The translations under genes were made by a program, and so were the position numbers. Below the pieces are notes generated by a model, which ran no database searches, was not told where the DNA came from, and saw nothing but the letters and a program-made list of their open reading frames with translations. A stretch of 64,000 bases of DNA from a bacterium (GTDB lineage Bacteria; Actinomycetota; Acidimicrobiia; Spongiisociales; JAHEDJ01). Of the stretch, positions 19,502 through 29,776 are shown one piece after another; positions within the stretch are counted from its first letter, which is position 1; the number at the start of each line of letters is the position of its first letter. The stretch spans positions 23,594-87,593 of the forward strand of contig JAHEDJ010000001.1 in NCBI GenBank assembly GCA_024641325.1, given 5' to 3'.

Positions 19502-20259
19502 AAATCGTACGTGTACGAAACGATGAGGGCATCGTCTACGGCGCCGTCGAGCCCGAAGGCATCCGGCTGTACAAGGGTTCTCCGCTATTCGAGTGGGAGT
19601 CGACGGAGGTCGTAGCACCGTTCGATTCTGTCCAACTCCTCGCCCCGGTTTTTCCGACGAAGGTTGTTGCCGTTGGCAGGAACTACGCCGACCACGCCGC
19701 GGAAATGGGATCCGGGATCCCCGATGCACCGATTCTCTTTCTGAAACCCGCGACATCGGTCATCGGCCCCGGAGCGCCGATCGTCCTTCCACCAGACTCG
19801 AAGAATGTCCATCACGAGGCCGAAGTGGCTGTGGTCATCGGCAGCGTGGCCCGGAACGTACGCGCCGAGGATGCTGCCTCCGTCATACTCGGATATACGG
19901 CGGCCAACGACGTGACGGCGCGCGATATTCAGCGGGCGGATGGGCAATGGACCCGGGGAAAGGGTTACGACACGTTCTGCCCGCTCGGGCCGGCCATCGA
20001 GACCGAGTTCGATCCGCTAGAGGGTGCCGAAGTCATCTGTCGCGTAAACGGCGAGATCAAACAATCGGGGCCGACGACAGACATGGTCTTCGGGGTAGCA
20101 GAGTTGATCGAGTACGTATCGAGGGTCATGACGCTACTGCCCGGTGATGTGATCCTCACCGGGACGCCGTCGGGAGTCGGGCCGATCGTCGATGGTGATG
20201 TAGTCGAGGTCGAAGTCGAATCCATCGGGGTGCTCACCAATCCGGTGGTGAAAGCATGA
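19498..20259 (+). CDS. Fumarylacetoacetate hydrolase (FAH) family protein
   Basis: The product VVAVGRNYADHAAEMG...FLKP fits the FAH/HpcE-type hydratase fold. Confidence 0.75.
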   Translation: MKIVRVRNDEGIVYGAVEPEGIRLYKGSPLFEWESTEVVAPFDSVQLLAPVFPTKVVAVGRNYADHAAEMGSGIPDAPILFLKPATSVIGPGAPIVLPPDSKNVHHEAEVAVVIGSVARNVRAEDAASVILGYTAANDVTARDIQRADGQWTRGKGYDTFCPLGPAIETEFDPLEGAEVICRVNGEIKQSGPTTDMVFGVAELIEYVSRVMTLLPGDVILTGTPSGVGPIVDGDVVEVEVESIGVLTNPVVKA

Positions 20260-21692
20260 CCGTTCGAGTTCGGATTGCCCCTTCACCGACCGGCCTTTTG
20301 CATGTCGGCAATGTTCGCTCAGCCTTGTTCAACTGGCTGTTCGCCCGCCATCACAACGGGACCTTCGTGCTGCGTATAGACGACACGGATGTCGAACGTA
20401 GCGAGCAACAGTATGAAGACGACATCAAATCTGGAATGACCTGGTTGGGCCTCGATTGGGATGAAGGTGTCGATGTTGGCGGGCCACACGGGTCGTATCG
20501 GCAGTCGGATAGGTTCGATCGGTACCGGGACGTAGTTGATGAGTTGATCGGTGCCGGCCACGCCTACTACGACGACCGTTCGCCCGAACTCCTCGATGAA
20601 CTCCGCAACAAGGCGCAGAAAGAGGGCAAACACCCCAACGTCTACATCCGGCGCCCCGATACCGAAGCGACCTCCGGTGTTGTTCGCTTCTCGGTTCCAC
20701 AAGACGCACCAATCGAGTTCTTCGACCTGGTGCGCGACGAAATGCGTTTCGAGGCGGGGGTCGTCGATGACTTCGTGATCCTTCGATCGAACGGCACTCC
20801 GACGTACCACCTGGCTTCCACCGTTGATGATGTTGACTACGAGATCAGCCATGTGATCAGAGGAGAAGACCTCCTCTCCTCGACTCCGAAACACATTCTC
20901 CTGACTCGAGCCATGGGTGCCGATCCGGCCACCTATGCACATCTGCCGTTGCTCTTCGGCCCGGACGGGAAGAAGCTGTCGAAACGTCATGGTGACACGT
21001 CTCTCAAGGCCTATCGTGCCGGCGGCTACCTGCCCGAGGCGATGTTCAATTATCTGAGCCTGCTCGGGTGGTCGTACGACTCTGAAACCACGATCTTCTC
21101 GGTAGATCAAGCTGTCGAGCGGTTCGATCTCGAAGGGGTGTCGAAGAATCCTGCTGTTTTCGATGTCGACAAGCTGCAGTGGATGAACGGCGAGTACATC
21201 CGTGCCATTCCTCCCGATGATTTCGCGCAGCGAGCCAGGCCGCTTATCGAGGTTGAACTCGGACACCCGCCAACCGAGAGCGAGTGGTCCATCTTTGTCG
21301 AGATGTCGCCGCTGCTCCAGGAACGGGTGAAGCTCATCACCGAGGTGGGGGAGATGAGCCGGTTCTTGTTCGTCGACGATGTTGACTTCGATGAACAGTC
21401 GTGGTCAAAGGTGATGATAGGCGAGACGCCGGTTCTCGCTCTCTCGGTAGCGATCCGGCATTTGACGGAACTCGGAGATTGGACGGTCGCGGCGATTGAA
21501 GCGGCCTTGCGCGCGGTTCTGGAGGAGACCGACCTCAATCCCCGCAAAGGCTGGCAGCCTCTTCGGGTGGCCGTTACCGGTTCGCAAGTGTCACCCCCGC
21601 TGTTTGAATCTATGGCGGCGCTGGGCAGGCCGGGCACGCTGCACCGCCTGTCGGTCGCGTTGAATCGCCTTGCGGATGAACCAGAGGGTTAA
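20256..21692 (+). CDS. gltX: Glutamate--tRNA ligase
   Basis: The product runs RIAPSPTGLLHVGNVRSALFNWLFAR...KLSKRHG, carrying the class I HIGH and KMSK motifs. It is followed by tRNA-Glu. Confidence 0.9.
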   Translation: MTVRVRIAPSPTGLLHVGNVRSALFNWLFARHHNGTFVLRIDDTDVERSEQQYEDDIKSGMTWLGLDWDEGVDVGGPHGSYRQSDRFDRYRDVVDELIGAGHAYYDDRSPELLDELRNKAQKEGKHPNVYIRRPDTEATSGVVRFSVPQDAPIEFFDLVRDEMRFEAGVVDDFVILRSNGTPTYHLASTVDDVDYEISHVIRGEDLLSSTPKHILLTRAMGADPATYAHLPLLFGPDGKKLSKRHGDTSLKAYRAGGYLPEAMFNYLSLLGWSYDSETTIFSVDQAVERFDLEGVSKNPAVFDVDKLQWMNGEYIRAIPPDDFAQRARPLIEVELGHPPTESEWSIFVEMSPLLQERVKLITEVGEMSRFLFVDDVDFDEQSWSKVMIGETPVLALSVAIRHLTELGDWTVAAIEAALRAVLEETDLNPRKGWQPLRVAVTGSQVSPPLFESMAALGRPGTLHRLSVALNRLADEPEG

Positions 21693-21720
21693 GTGAGTCG
21701 TTCGAAACACAGGTATTGAG

Positions 21721-23586
21721 GTGAACGCGAACCGATTGCGAATTGGAGAGAGGCTTAGATGCTGCTCAGAGCGAGCCCGGCGCTGGCGTGTGCTTGTGGT
21801 GGGCCTCACCTGGATCGCGTATGCGTTCGTGTACGTTGTCCTCAGGGACCAACTCAGCGGCGAGGGGGGTGCGCTGGCGGTTGTTCCCGTCGGGGTCACC
21901 GCGCTCCTGTTCGGTTGGCCGGGAGGACTGGCGGCCGGACTCGGCTTCATTCCGATCAACGGATTGCTACATGTCCTGGCGGGAGAGTCCTTCGAAGAGG
22001 CACTCAGCGGAGAGTCCCTGGTCGGTGCTTTCGCCGTGCTCGTTGTCGGGGTAGTGGTTGGAGTAGTCCAACACTCGCGCCACGAGATCCGGCAGACCCG
22101 CGACGAACTAGCGACTGCCCGAACCAGGTTCGAGAGTGTCTACAACGGCGTCCCGGTCGGACTCTATCGAACCTCAACAGAAGGCCTGATTCTGGATTGC
22201 AATAGTGCGCTCGCCACCATGCTCGGATTCGCTGACACTGCCGACATCATCGGGTACAAAGCAGTCGAGTTCTACGCTGACCCGGAGGAACGAGGGCGGC
22301 TCATCGACTCGCTCGAAACCGTCCGTGTGGCAGAGGGCGTCGAAGTGCAACTTCGTCGCTTGGACGGTGAACCCATCTGGGCGAGGGATCACGCTCATGC
22401 TGTTGAGGGCGAAGACGGGAGCACGCTCTACTACGAAGGGGTGCTGGAAGACATAACGGCCGAGCGCCGGACTCAGCAGGCCTACCGGCTGAGCGAGCAG
22501 CGCTTTCGCGACGCATTCTCGAAGGCCCCGATCGGCATGGCGATCATCCAGACCGACGGAACGCTGCTCGAAGTCAATCAGGCGCTTGCGGATCTTCTCG
22601 GATTTGAGATCGACGAAGTGACAGGGCTCAACTGGGCCGCGATCACTCACCCCGACGATGTTGCCGACAACAGAGAAAGTATGCGAGCGATCGTGCAGGG
22701 TCTCAGGGACGTGCAGAGGGTGGAGAAACGCTACATCCACAAAGATGGCCACACCGTCTGGGCCTTGATGAATGCAACCGCCGTCCGTGACTCTGCGGGC
22801 GACGCGGCGTATCTGATCGGACAAATAGTTGATCTATCGGATCGGATTCGCGCCGAGAAGGCGTTACAGGAGTTGGTTCGGTCTAAGGACGAGTTCATTG
22901 CATCGGTGAGCCACGAGTTGCGCACGCCTCTCACAGTCGTTCACGGGCTGGCGACCGAGCTCAAGGATTTCTGGTCGGGTTTCTCGCCGGAAGAAGTCGA
23001 TGATCTCGTTGGGCTGGTAGTAGACCAATCGAGTGAGATTGCCTATCTCGTCGAAGATCTTCTCGTTTCCGCCAGGAGCGACGCTGGTTCTCTCTCGGTT
23101 CTGCCTGAAGCAATCGACGTCCGTGGAGAGATTGACCGGGTGCTCGAGTCGATTGGGTCCGGTTTCGAGGAGCGTCTCAGCTGGGACGGCGAGGAGTTGT
23201 CCGTGATGGCCGACCCCACGCGTTTTCGACAGATCATTCGCAATCTGGTGACGAATGCGGAGAGGTACGGTGGGGAGAGCCTTCGGTTCCACACGGTGGC
23301 CACGCATAGGGTCGGCGTCATCGGGGTAGCCGACGACGGCGCCGGTATCCCGGATGATCAAGTGGATCGTATCTTCGAACCGTATGGACGTGCCCACGAT
23401 GGGCGCGGGTTGCCGGCGTCCGTAGGTCTCGGGCTCACAGTGAGCCGCAAACTTGCCCGCCTCATGGGCGGTGATCTGACCTACCGTTACGAAGACGATC
23501 GCAGCGTGTTCGAGCTGACTCTTCCCCTTCCCGGGGCGGAGCCGTCGACCCAGATTTCAAGCGGCGCTTCTTCGCCTAAGATCTAG
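21721..23586 (+). CDS. Sensor histidine kinase with N-terminal TM region and tandem PAS domains
   Basis: The product has PAS-like repeats, a HisKA H-box (SHELRTPL) and HATPase_c G-boxes (DDGAGIPD...GLGLTV). The exact start is uncertain. Confidence 0.7.
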   Translation: MNANRLRIGERLRCCSERARRWRVLVVGLTWIAYAFVYVVLRDQLSGEGGALAVVPVGVTALLFGWPGGLAAGLGFIPINGLLHVLAGESFEEALSGESLVGAFAVLVVGVVVGVVQHSRHEIRQTRDELATARTRFESVYNGVPVGLYRTSTEGLILDCNSALATMLGFADTADIIGYKAVEFYADPEERGRLIDSLETVRVAEGVEVQLRRLDGEPIWARDHAHAVEGEDGSTLYYEGVLEDITAERRTQQAYRLSEQRFRDAFSKAPIGMAIIQTDGTLLEVNQALADLLGFEIDEVTGLNWAAITHPDDVADNRESMRAIVQGLRDVQRVEKRYIHKDGHTVWALMNATAVRDSAGDAAYLIGQIVDLSDRIRAEKALQELVRSKDEFIASVSHELRTPLTVVHGLATELKDFWSGFSPEEVDDLVGLVVDQSSEIAYLVEDLLVSARSDAGSLSVLPEAIDVRGEIDRVLESIGSGFEERLSWDGEELSVMADPTRFRQIIRNLVTNAERYGGESLRFHTVATHRVGVIGVADDGAGIPDDQVDRIFEPYGRAHDGRGLPASVGLGLTVSRKLARLMGGDLTYRYEDDRSVFELTLPLPGAEPSTQISSGASSPKI

Positions 23587-23596
23587 CCGCACACCC

Positions 23597-23669
23597 GGCC
23601 CCGTCGTCCAGCGGCCTAGGACGCTGGCCTTTCAAGCCGGTAACGCGGGTTCGAATCCCGTCGGGGCTG
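23597..23669 (+). tRNA. tRNA-Glu (anticodon TTC)
   Basis: I folded a cloverleaf by hand with acceptor GGCCCCG/CGGGGCT, D-stem GTCC/GGAC, anticodon loop CTTTCAA and T-arm GCGGG-TTCGAAT-CCCGT. It lies immediately downstream of gltX. Confidence 0.8.
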
Positions 23670-23672
23670 CAA

Positions 23673-23709
23673 GATGAGGCCCCCACCAAGGTGGGGGCCT
23701 CATCCTTTC
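23673..23709. terminator. Rho-independent terminator hairpin, likely bidirectional
   Basis: The sequence is GATGAGGCCCCCACC-AA-GGTGGGGGCCTCATC followed by CTTTCA. It sits between the tRNA-Glu and the convergent maeB. Confidence 0.6.
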
Positions 23710-23749
23710 ACTCAGGTTGTCGATCTGACGAGCCGCGGCCGGTTTTCTA

Positions 23750-26056
23750 TCAGAAGCTCCGTTCGATTTCCGCGGCCAACGCAGAGTTGCGGCTCTTGCG
23801 CTGAGCATCGAGCACCGCGATGGCGGTGAGGTTCACGATGTCGCCCACTTCGGCGTCACGTTGCACTACGTGCACCGATTTCGAGACGCCGGTGAGGATC
23901 GGCCCGATGACCTGGGCGTCGGCCAGGTGATGAAGGAGCTGGTAGGCAGCGTTGGCGGCGGCCAGGTCCGGGAAGATGAGCACGTTGGCCGGGCCTCCGA
24001 GCTTGTTGAACGGGTGCCTGCGCTCCAGGAGGTCTGCCCTGACCGCGGTATCCGCGTGCATCTCGCCGTCCAGCGGCAGGTCCGGTGCTTTCTCGTTGCA
24101 GATGCGCACTGCTTCCCGCACTCGCTCTGGTTCCTCTCCGCCCGCGCTACCGAAGTTCGAATAGCTGACCATTGCGACCCGGGGGGACACATCGAAATCG
24201 TGAAGGGCGGTCGCGGCCGCCGACAGGGCGATCTCGGCGAGTTGCTCGGCCGTCGGGTGGATGTTCACGGCGCAGTCGGCAAAGAAGTACGGCCTGCCTT
24301 TGATCATGACGATGTACAACGCGCTAACGATGCTGCGGCCGTGCTCCAGCGGTAGAACCTGAAGCGCCGGGCGGAGCGTATCCGCGTAGTAGGTAGTCAG
24401 ACCGCCGAGCATTGCGTCGGAGTCATTCATCTTGAGCATCATCGCCGCGAACAGATTCGGCTCGAAGATCGCTTTGGTAGCGTCGTCGAGGGCCATGCCC
24501 TTCCGCTGCCGTGTTTCGAATAGCTGCTGAGCGTAACGCGCACGGTGCTCATCAGCGCTGCGCGGGTCGAGCAAGTCGATGCCTTCGAGCGGGATCTCCA
24601 ACTCGAACGCCGTTTTCTCGATGGCGACCAGGTTCCCCAGGATTGTGGGTGCGGCGATGCCCTCGTCGGCGACCCGACGGGCAGCGCGAATGATACGAGG
24701 ATCGGCCCCTTGGGGGTAGACGACTCGCATCGCCCGTTCCTTGGCCTTGACCGTGATCGTGTGCATGAGGCCGTAGGTGGATTGGAACTTCGCGCGCAAT
24801 TCCTCGGCGTATTTCTCCATGTCATCGCACGGCGCCTTGGCGAGTCCTTCCTCGCACGCAGTTGCCGCCACGGCCGGTGCCACGTACCAGAGCACCCGCG
24901 GGTCGAACGGTTTAGGAATGATGTAGTCCGGGCCGAACGTGAGATGATCGAGGCTGTACGCCTTGAGGACAACCTCGCTGACCGGTTCCCTGGCTAGGTC
25001 GGCGAGGGCATGCGCGGCGGCGACCTTCATTTTCTCCGAAACCCCTGAGGCGCGGACGTCGAGCGCCCCGCGGAAGATGAACGGGAATCCGAGCACGTTG
25101 TTGACCTGATTCGGGAAGTCGCTTCGTCCGGTAGCAACAATGGCGTCCGGCCTTGCTTCCCTGGCCGCGTCGTAGGTTATTTCCGGGTCCGGGTTGGCCA
25201 GAGCAAAGATGATCGGTTGGTCGGCCATCGATCGGACCATGTCTTGCGTCACGGCATCGGCAACCGAAACGCCGACGAAGGTATCTGCTCCTGCGAGAGC
25301 GTCCGCCAAGGTCCGCTTGTCGGTGGTCTGCGCGAACTCGGCCTTCTCTTTCGTCATCTTCTCGTCGCGGCCCTCGTATATGACGCCCCGCGAGTCGCAC
25401 AGAAGGATGTTTTCGTGCTTAACACCGAGTTCCTGGAAGAATCGAGCACAGGCAATTCCGGCCGCGCCGGCTCCGTTGAACACGACTGTGGTGTCTTCGA
25501 TCGAGCGTCCGGTGATATCCAGCGCATTGAGGAACCCGGCTCCGGCGATGATCGCAGTGCCGTGCTGATCATCATGAAACACCGGGATATCGAGGCGCTC
25601 ACGTAGCGTTTCTTCGATGTAGAAGCACTCAGGTGCTTTGATGTCTTCGAGGTTGATGCCTCCGACCGTCGGTTCGAGCATCTCGCAGAATCGCACGATG
25701 TCGTCTGGATCGTCGGCGGCGATTTCCAGGTCGAACACGTCGATGTCCGCGAATCGCTTGAATAGAACGCCCTTGCCTTCCATCACCGGCTTGCCTGCCA
25801 ACGGGCCGATGTTCCCGAGACCCAACACGGCGGTTCCGTTGCTGACGACGGCCACCAGGTTGCCTTTGTTCGTGTACTCGAACGCCTTGGCCGGATCCTC
25901 ATGGATTGCCAGGCAGGGCTCTGCCACGCCTGGTGTATAGGCGAGGCTCAGGTCGGCTTGAGTAGCCGTAGGTTTCGTCGGCCGGACTTCGATCTTGCCC
26001 GGCCTGCCCCGTGAGTGGTAGTCGAGGGCTTCGCTGAATCCTTTACCGTCGCTCAT
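23750..26056 (-). CDS. maeB: NADP-dependent malic enzyme (malic enzyme plus PTA-like domain)
   Basis: The 768-aa product has an N-terminal malic-enzyme domain ([13 protein letters not shown]...[15 protein letters not shown]) and a C-terminal phosphate-acetyltransferase-like domain. Confidence 0.85.
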   Translation of the reverse strand: MSDGKGFSEALDYHSRGRPGKIEVRPTKPTATQADLSLAYTPGVAEPCLAIHEDPAKAFEYTNKGNLVAVVSNGTAVLGLGNIGPLAGKPVMEGKGVLFKRFADIDVFDLEIAADDPDDIVRFCEMLEPTVGGINLEDIKAPECFYIEETLRERLDIPVFHDDQHGTAIIAGAGFLNALDITGRSIEDTTVVFNGAGAAGIACARFFQELGVKHENILLCDSRGVIYEGRDEKMTKEKAEFAQTTDKRTLADALAGADTFVGVSVADAVTQDMVRSMADQPIIFALANPDPEITYDAAREARPDAIVATGRSDFPNQVNNVLGFPFIFRGALDVRASGVSEKMKVAAAHALADLAREPVSEVVLKAYSLDHLTFGPDYIIPKPFDPRVLWYVAPAVAATACEEGLAKAPCDDMEKYAEELRAKFQSTYGLMHTITVKAKERAMRVVYPQGADPRIIRAARRVADEGIAAPTILGNLVAIEKTAFELEIPLEGIDLLDPRSADEHRARYAQQLFETRQRKGMALDDATKAIFEPNLFAAMMLKMNDSDAMLGGLTTYYADTLRPALQVLPLEHGRSIVSALYIVMIKGRPYFFADCAVNIHPTAEQLAEIALSAAATALHDFDVSPRVAMVSYSNFGSAGGEEPERVREAVRICNEKAPDLPLDGEMHADTAVRADLLERRHPFNKLGGPANVLIFPDLAAANAAYQLLHHLADAQVIGPILTGVSKSVHVVQRDAEVGDIVNLTAIAVLDAQRKSRNSALAAEIERSF

Positions 26057-26114
26057 TCTGCACTTCCTTGTTTCAGTAGCCTTTCGATCCCCCGCCTGCG
26101 AATCGCGTTACCCG

Positions 26115-27308
26115 TCATTCGACTATTCCCATCTCCCTACCGGCCGCGGCGAACGCTTCGAGCCCGTGGTCCAGGTCACCGCGCTCATGTGCCGCGGAAA
26201 TCATCACCCGGATCCGGGCCTTGCCCATCGGTACGGTCGGATAGGCAATTGCCTGTGCGAACACTTGGTGGATGTCAAAGAGGCGCTGGGACAACTCTCG
26301 AGCAACCTTCTCATCACCCAGCATCACCGGTGTGATCGGCGTCTGGGTGAACCCCGTATCGAATCCCAGGCTCTGCATTCCCTCACGAAAGCGCCGGGCA
26401 TTCATCCAGAGACGATCGACGAGTTCCGTCGATTCGGAGAGAATGTCCACCGAGGCGATACAGGCGGCAACGTCGGGCGGAGTCGCCGCAGATGAGAAGA
26501 GAAACGGGCGGGCGCGCTGGCGGAGCCAGTCGACGACCGGCTGTGGTCCGGCGACATAGCCGCCGACAACGCCGAACGCCTTCGACATTGTTCCAACCTC
26601 GACTTCGACTCGCCCACTGAGTCCAAAGTGATCGACAATACCTCTACCTCCGCGGCCGAGAACGCCTTCGCCGTGGGCGTCGTCGACCATCACCATCGCC
26701 GCATAGCGATCGGCGGTATCCACGATTGCATCGAGAGGGGCTACGTCGCCGTCCATCGAGAATACGCCGTCGGTGATGACGAGGATTCTCCTCGCTCCCT
26801 CCGCCCTGGCCGTCGCGAGTTGGGCGTCGAGATCGCTCATATCCGCGTGTTTGTATATTTTCCTGGCCGCCCTGGCTAGTCGCACCCCATCGATTATCGA
26901 AGCATGGTTCAACTCGTCGGTCACGATTACATCGCCGGCGTCTACGAGCGCCGGTATGGCGCCCGCATTGGCCACGAACCCGGCCTGGAAGGAGATGGCG
27001 GCTTCAACGCCTTTGAAGGCGGCGAGCCGTCGTTCGAGTTCGTCGTGGATGGTCATGGTGCCCGCGATGGTGCGAACAGCGCCCGGACCGATTCCGTACC
27101 GGTCGAGAGCCGCCTTGGCGGCCGCGATCAGTCTTTCATCGTCGGCCAGGCCGAGGTAGTTGTTTGAGCAGAAGTTGAGGACCCTGCGGCCGTCGACGTT
27201 GATCCAAGCTCCCTGCGGCCCGTCGATGTGACGGATCTGATTCCTGAGCCCCGCCTTTTCCAGGCCCGTCAGTTGCTCACGCAGGTATTCGACCTTGTCC
27301 ACCGTCAC
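26115..27308 (-). CDS. kbl: Glycine C-acetyltransferase (2-amino-3-ketobutyrate CoA ligase)
   Basis: The product is a class II aminotransferase/AONS-family enzyme (NFCSNNYLGLADDE...). A GTG start at 27308 overlaps the tdh stop (GTGA). The ORF-track start at 27362 is probably too long. Confidence 0.8.
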   Translation of the reverse strand: MTVDKVEYLREQLTGLEKAGLRNQIRHIDGPQGAWINVDGRRVLNFCSNNYLGLADDERLIAAAKAALDRYGIGPGAVRTIAGTMTIHDELERRLAAFKGVEAAISFQAGFVANAGAIPALVDAGDVIVTDELNHASIIDGVRLARAARKIYKHADMSDLDAQLATARAEGARRILVITDGVFSMDGDVAPLDAIVDTADRYAAMVMVDDAHGEGVLGRGGRGIVDHFGLSGRVEVEVGTMSKAFGVVGGYVAGPQPVVDWLRQRARPFLFSSAATPPDVAACIASVDILSESTELVDRLWMNARRFREGMQSLGFDTGFTQTPITPVMLGDEKVARELSQRLFDIHQVFAQAIAYPTVPMGKARIRVMISAAHERGDLDHGLEAFAAAGREMGIVE

Positions 27309-28363
27309 TCCAGGGGTCCGTCGGCGTCTTGGGGGTCCGGGAACATGATGACCTTGCCGCACTCGCCGGACGCCATAGTCTCGAATGCTCGATCGAAGTC
27401 ATCGAGGGCATACCGGTGAGTGACAATGGGTGATAGATCGACCGCGCCCGATCGCAGCAATCCCCTCATTTGATACCAATCGATCCAGAGTCGGCGTCCC
27501 ACTATGCCGTAGACGCTGGCGCCTTTGAAGATGACGTGGTCGTCCAGGTTGAACTCGAGTGGGGCAGAGGTCAGGCCGAGCAGCGCAGCCTCACCGCCCG
27601 ATTTGAGAGAAGTGAATCCCTCGTTGATTGCCGAAGGCGCTCCGGACATTTCGAGCAGGACATCGATGCCTTCACCCTCGCTGACGTCCATGATCGTGTC
27701 TACCACATCGCCCGTGGCCGGGTTGACCGTGATGTCGGCACCCATCTGTTTCGCCATTGCAAGCCGGTAGTCGCTCACGTCGCTGGCGATGATGAGCCGG
27801 GCTCCGAGTGCACGTGCAACGGCAACCGCCATGACACCCACTGGTCCACAACCGGTGACGAGCACTTTCCTGCCCGATACCAGTGGAACCGAGGCGGTGT
27901 GCACCGCGTTGCCGAAGTTCTCCTGAAGGGAGGCGATCGAGTAGGGCATGTCGGGCGGATCCGGCCAGGCGTTCGCTGCGGGGACCGCAACGAACTCCGC
28001 ATAGACGCCGTCCCTGCCGACGCCGAGGATCTTCGTGTTCTCACAGAGATGGCCCTTACCTGTGCGGCAGAACGCGCACCGATTGCACACGACGTGCGAC
28101 TCAACTGAAACAAGTTGCCCGATCTCCGGGCCATCTGCTTTTGGGCCTTTGTCGACGACGACTCCGCACATTTCGTGTCCGACGACGATGGGGGGAGTGA
28201 CGTGCGTTTGAGCCCAAGGGTCCCAGTTGCGAATGTGCAGGTCGGTGCCACAAATCGACGTGGCTTTCACCTGAAGAAGAACTTCATCCGGTCCGAGTTC
28301 CGGCATCGGCACATCAATCATTTCGAGACCGGGTTCGGATGAAGTTTTGACGACCGCTCGCAT
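27305..28363 (-). CDS. tdh: L-threonine 3-dehydrogenase
   Basis: The product is a Zn-ADH-family enzyme: MRAVVKTSSEPGLEMIDVPMPELGPDEVLLQVKATSICGTDLHI. I chose the internal Met that aligns with the E. coli Tdh start. Confidence 0.85.
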   Translation of the reverse strand: MRAVVKTSSEPGLEMIDVPMPELGPDEVLLQVKATSICGTDLHIRNWDPWAQTHVTPPIVVGHEMCGVVVDKGPKADGPEIGQLVSVESHVVCNRCAFCRTGKGHLCENTKILGVGRDGVYAEFVAVPAANAWPDPPDMPYSIASLQENFGNAVHTASVPLVSGRKVLVTGCGPVGVMAVAVARALGARLIIASDVSDYRLAMAKQMGADITVNPATGDVVDTIMDVSEGEGIDVLLEMSGAPSAINEGFTSLKSGGEAALLGLTSAPLEFNLDDHVIFKGASVYGIVGRRLWIDWYQMRGLLRSGAVDLSPIVTHRYALDDFDRAFETMASGECGKVIMFPDPQDADGPLE

Positions 28364-28395
28364 CAATCTCAGGCTAACTGACCGGCAGAGGTCCG

Positions 28396-29004
28396 ATGAC
28401 ATCGCAACCCCGAGGCTGTGGAAGAATGACGGGAATGAGTGTTGAAACAGTATCCAAATTCTTCGCCCTGCTCACGCTGGCCGCCATGGCCGGTGTGAGC
28501 GGCGTGCTGGTGGTCATGTTGACGGCGCGGTGGTCGCCATCCATCGCCCGCTTCAGAGATTCTGCCATCGAGTTGGTGTCACCTGCTGCTCTGTGGCTCG
28601 GGTCGTTCATCGCAGCGGTTTCTATGGCGGGGAGCCTCTACTACTCAGAAGTGGCCGACTTCGCCCCGTGCGATCTGTGCTGGTACCAGCGAATCGCCAT
28701 GTATCCGCTGGCGATCATCCTGGCAATCGCCGCGTATCGCAAGGACGTTGGGATACGACGATACACATACCCTGTGGCGGTGATCGGTGCTGTGATCGCC
28801 ACATATCAGTACGTGCTGCAGCTCAGACCCAGCCTCGAGTCGGGTTTCTGCGGGGTTGATGCATCGTGCACTGAGCGTTACATCTGGCAGTTCGGGTTCA
28901 TATCGTTCCCGTTCATGTCTCTGGTCGGGTTCGCGATGATATTCACACTGCTCTACATCGCAGCCAGGGCGGAGCAGGAGCAAGCAGAAGGACCTAGGTC
29001 ATAG
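28396..29004 (+). CDS. Disulfide bond formation protein B (DsbB/BdbC family)
   Basis: The product carries the BdbC/DsbB motif LYYSEVADFAPCDLCWYQRIAMYP and a second Cys pair (FCGVDASC). There is an extra N-terminal hydrophobic segment, and the start may instead be at 28426 or 28435. Confidence 0.65.
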   Translation: MTSQPRGCGRMTGMSVETVSKFFALLTLAAMAGVSGVLVVMLTARWSPSIARFRDSAIELVSPAALWLGSFIAAVSMAGSLYYSEVADFAPCDLCWYQRIAMYPLAIILAIAAYRKDVGIRRYTYPVAVIGAVIATYQYVLQLRPSLESGFCGVDASCTERYIWQFGFISFPFMSLVGFAMIFTLLYIAARAEQEQAEGPRS

Positions 29005-29028
29005 GTTCCGGGGCGTGGTCCCGGAACC
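29004..29028. terminator. Hairpin GGTTCCGGG-GCGTGGT-CCCGGAACC between convergent genes
   Basis: A perfect 9-bp GC-rich stem is followed by the A/T-rich CAAAATTC. It lies between the dsbB-like stop and the stop of Sec-TlpA gene 1. Confidence 0.5.
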
Positions 29029-29051
29029 CAAAATTCAGAACCCAGGACGAT

Positions 29052-29720
29052 CTACCCCTCGCCGCGCATGAAGCCGATAGCGTTTTCGAGGTCTGCTCCG
29101 GTCAACGGTCCAACATGGCGGGTGACGACGGTGCCGGATCCATCCACGATTACGGAATACGGGAAGTAGACGAGACCGTAGCTCTTCATGGCGGTTCCGT
29201 TCTCATCGTCGACGAGCACCGGGATCGGCCATTCGGCCAGCCACTCGCTCGGCGGATAGCCTTTTTCGGTGGGCCTATTACTGCCTGAAACGCTGACGAT
29301 ATCGATATCGGTCGGCAGGTCGTTGGTGGACCAGTAGCTCAGCAAGTCCGAGACCTCGGACTGGCAGTGCGGTCACCAGTGGGTCAGGAACATGATGATC
29401 TTCGGTCGACCGTCGTTCTTGATTTCGACCGGCGATCCGTCAAAAGACTGACCGCTCAACTCCGGCATCGGCAAGCCGAGTGCAGGGTCTGCACCCTGCT
29501 CCGGCATGGGCACTAGGACACTGCCGATCACGGTCACGGGGCGCGTTTCACTGATGGATGCCGCAGCGGCGGCACCGTCTCCGGGTCCGCCGTCGGATGC
29601 AGTCCCCGGATCATCGGAGCCTGTCAGCAGCACGGCCGCGACCCCGGCGAGCAGCACGAAGGCGGCAGCAACTCCGAAGATGAGCAACGATCGAGTTTTG
29701 GAGGTGTTCTGGTCTGTCAT
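29052..29720 (-). CDS. TlpA/ResA-like membrane-anchored thiol-disulfide oxidoreductase, putative selenoprotein (in-frame TGA at about 29373-29375 read as Sec; active site W-U-P-H-C)
   Basis: Two track ORFs, 29373..29720 and 29052..29345, lie in the same frame and are joined by a single TGA. The joined product reads ...GRPKIIMFLTHW-U-PHCQSEVSDL... and aligns with the TlpA/ResA FWASWCGPC active site, with U at the first Cys. An N-terminal TM helix is present. A SECIS-like hairpin starts 6 nt after the TGA. Confidence 0.7.
29340..29368 (-). promoter_or_regulatory. Putative bacterial SECIS element (stem CUGCCAGUCCGA, loop GGUC, stem UCGGACUUGC)
   Basis: The GGUC apical loop sits at positions 21-24 counted from the U of UGA, versus 22-25 in the E. 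coli fdhF SECIS. The same 26 nt occur in the paralog on the other strand. Confidence 0.6.
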
Positions 29721-29776
29721 GTTCCCCTAATGTGTGCGGACAGATTGTACGTGTGATTGCGGGAAACGAGGAACTG

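Noticed and set aside
20319-21266. 315-aa minus-strand ORF
   Set aside because: It is antisense to gltX, whose HIGH/KMSK motifs make the plus strand unambiguous.
29052-29720. Interpreting the TGA-split TlpA-like genes as pseudogenes or sequencing errors
   Set aside because: The same lesion occurs independently in two diverged paralogs. It sits precisely at the catalytic Cys codon, with no other frame disruptions. Each is followed by an identical fdhF-like GGUC hairpin at canonical spacing. Sec recoding is the more parsimonious reading, though machinery genes must be confirmed.
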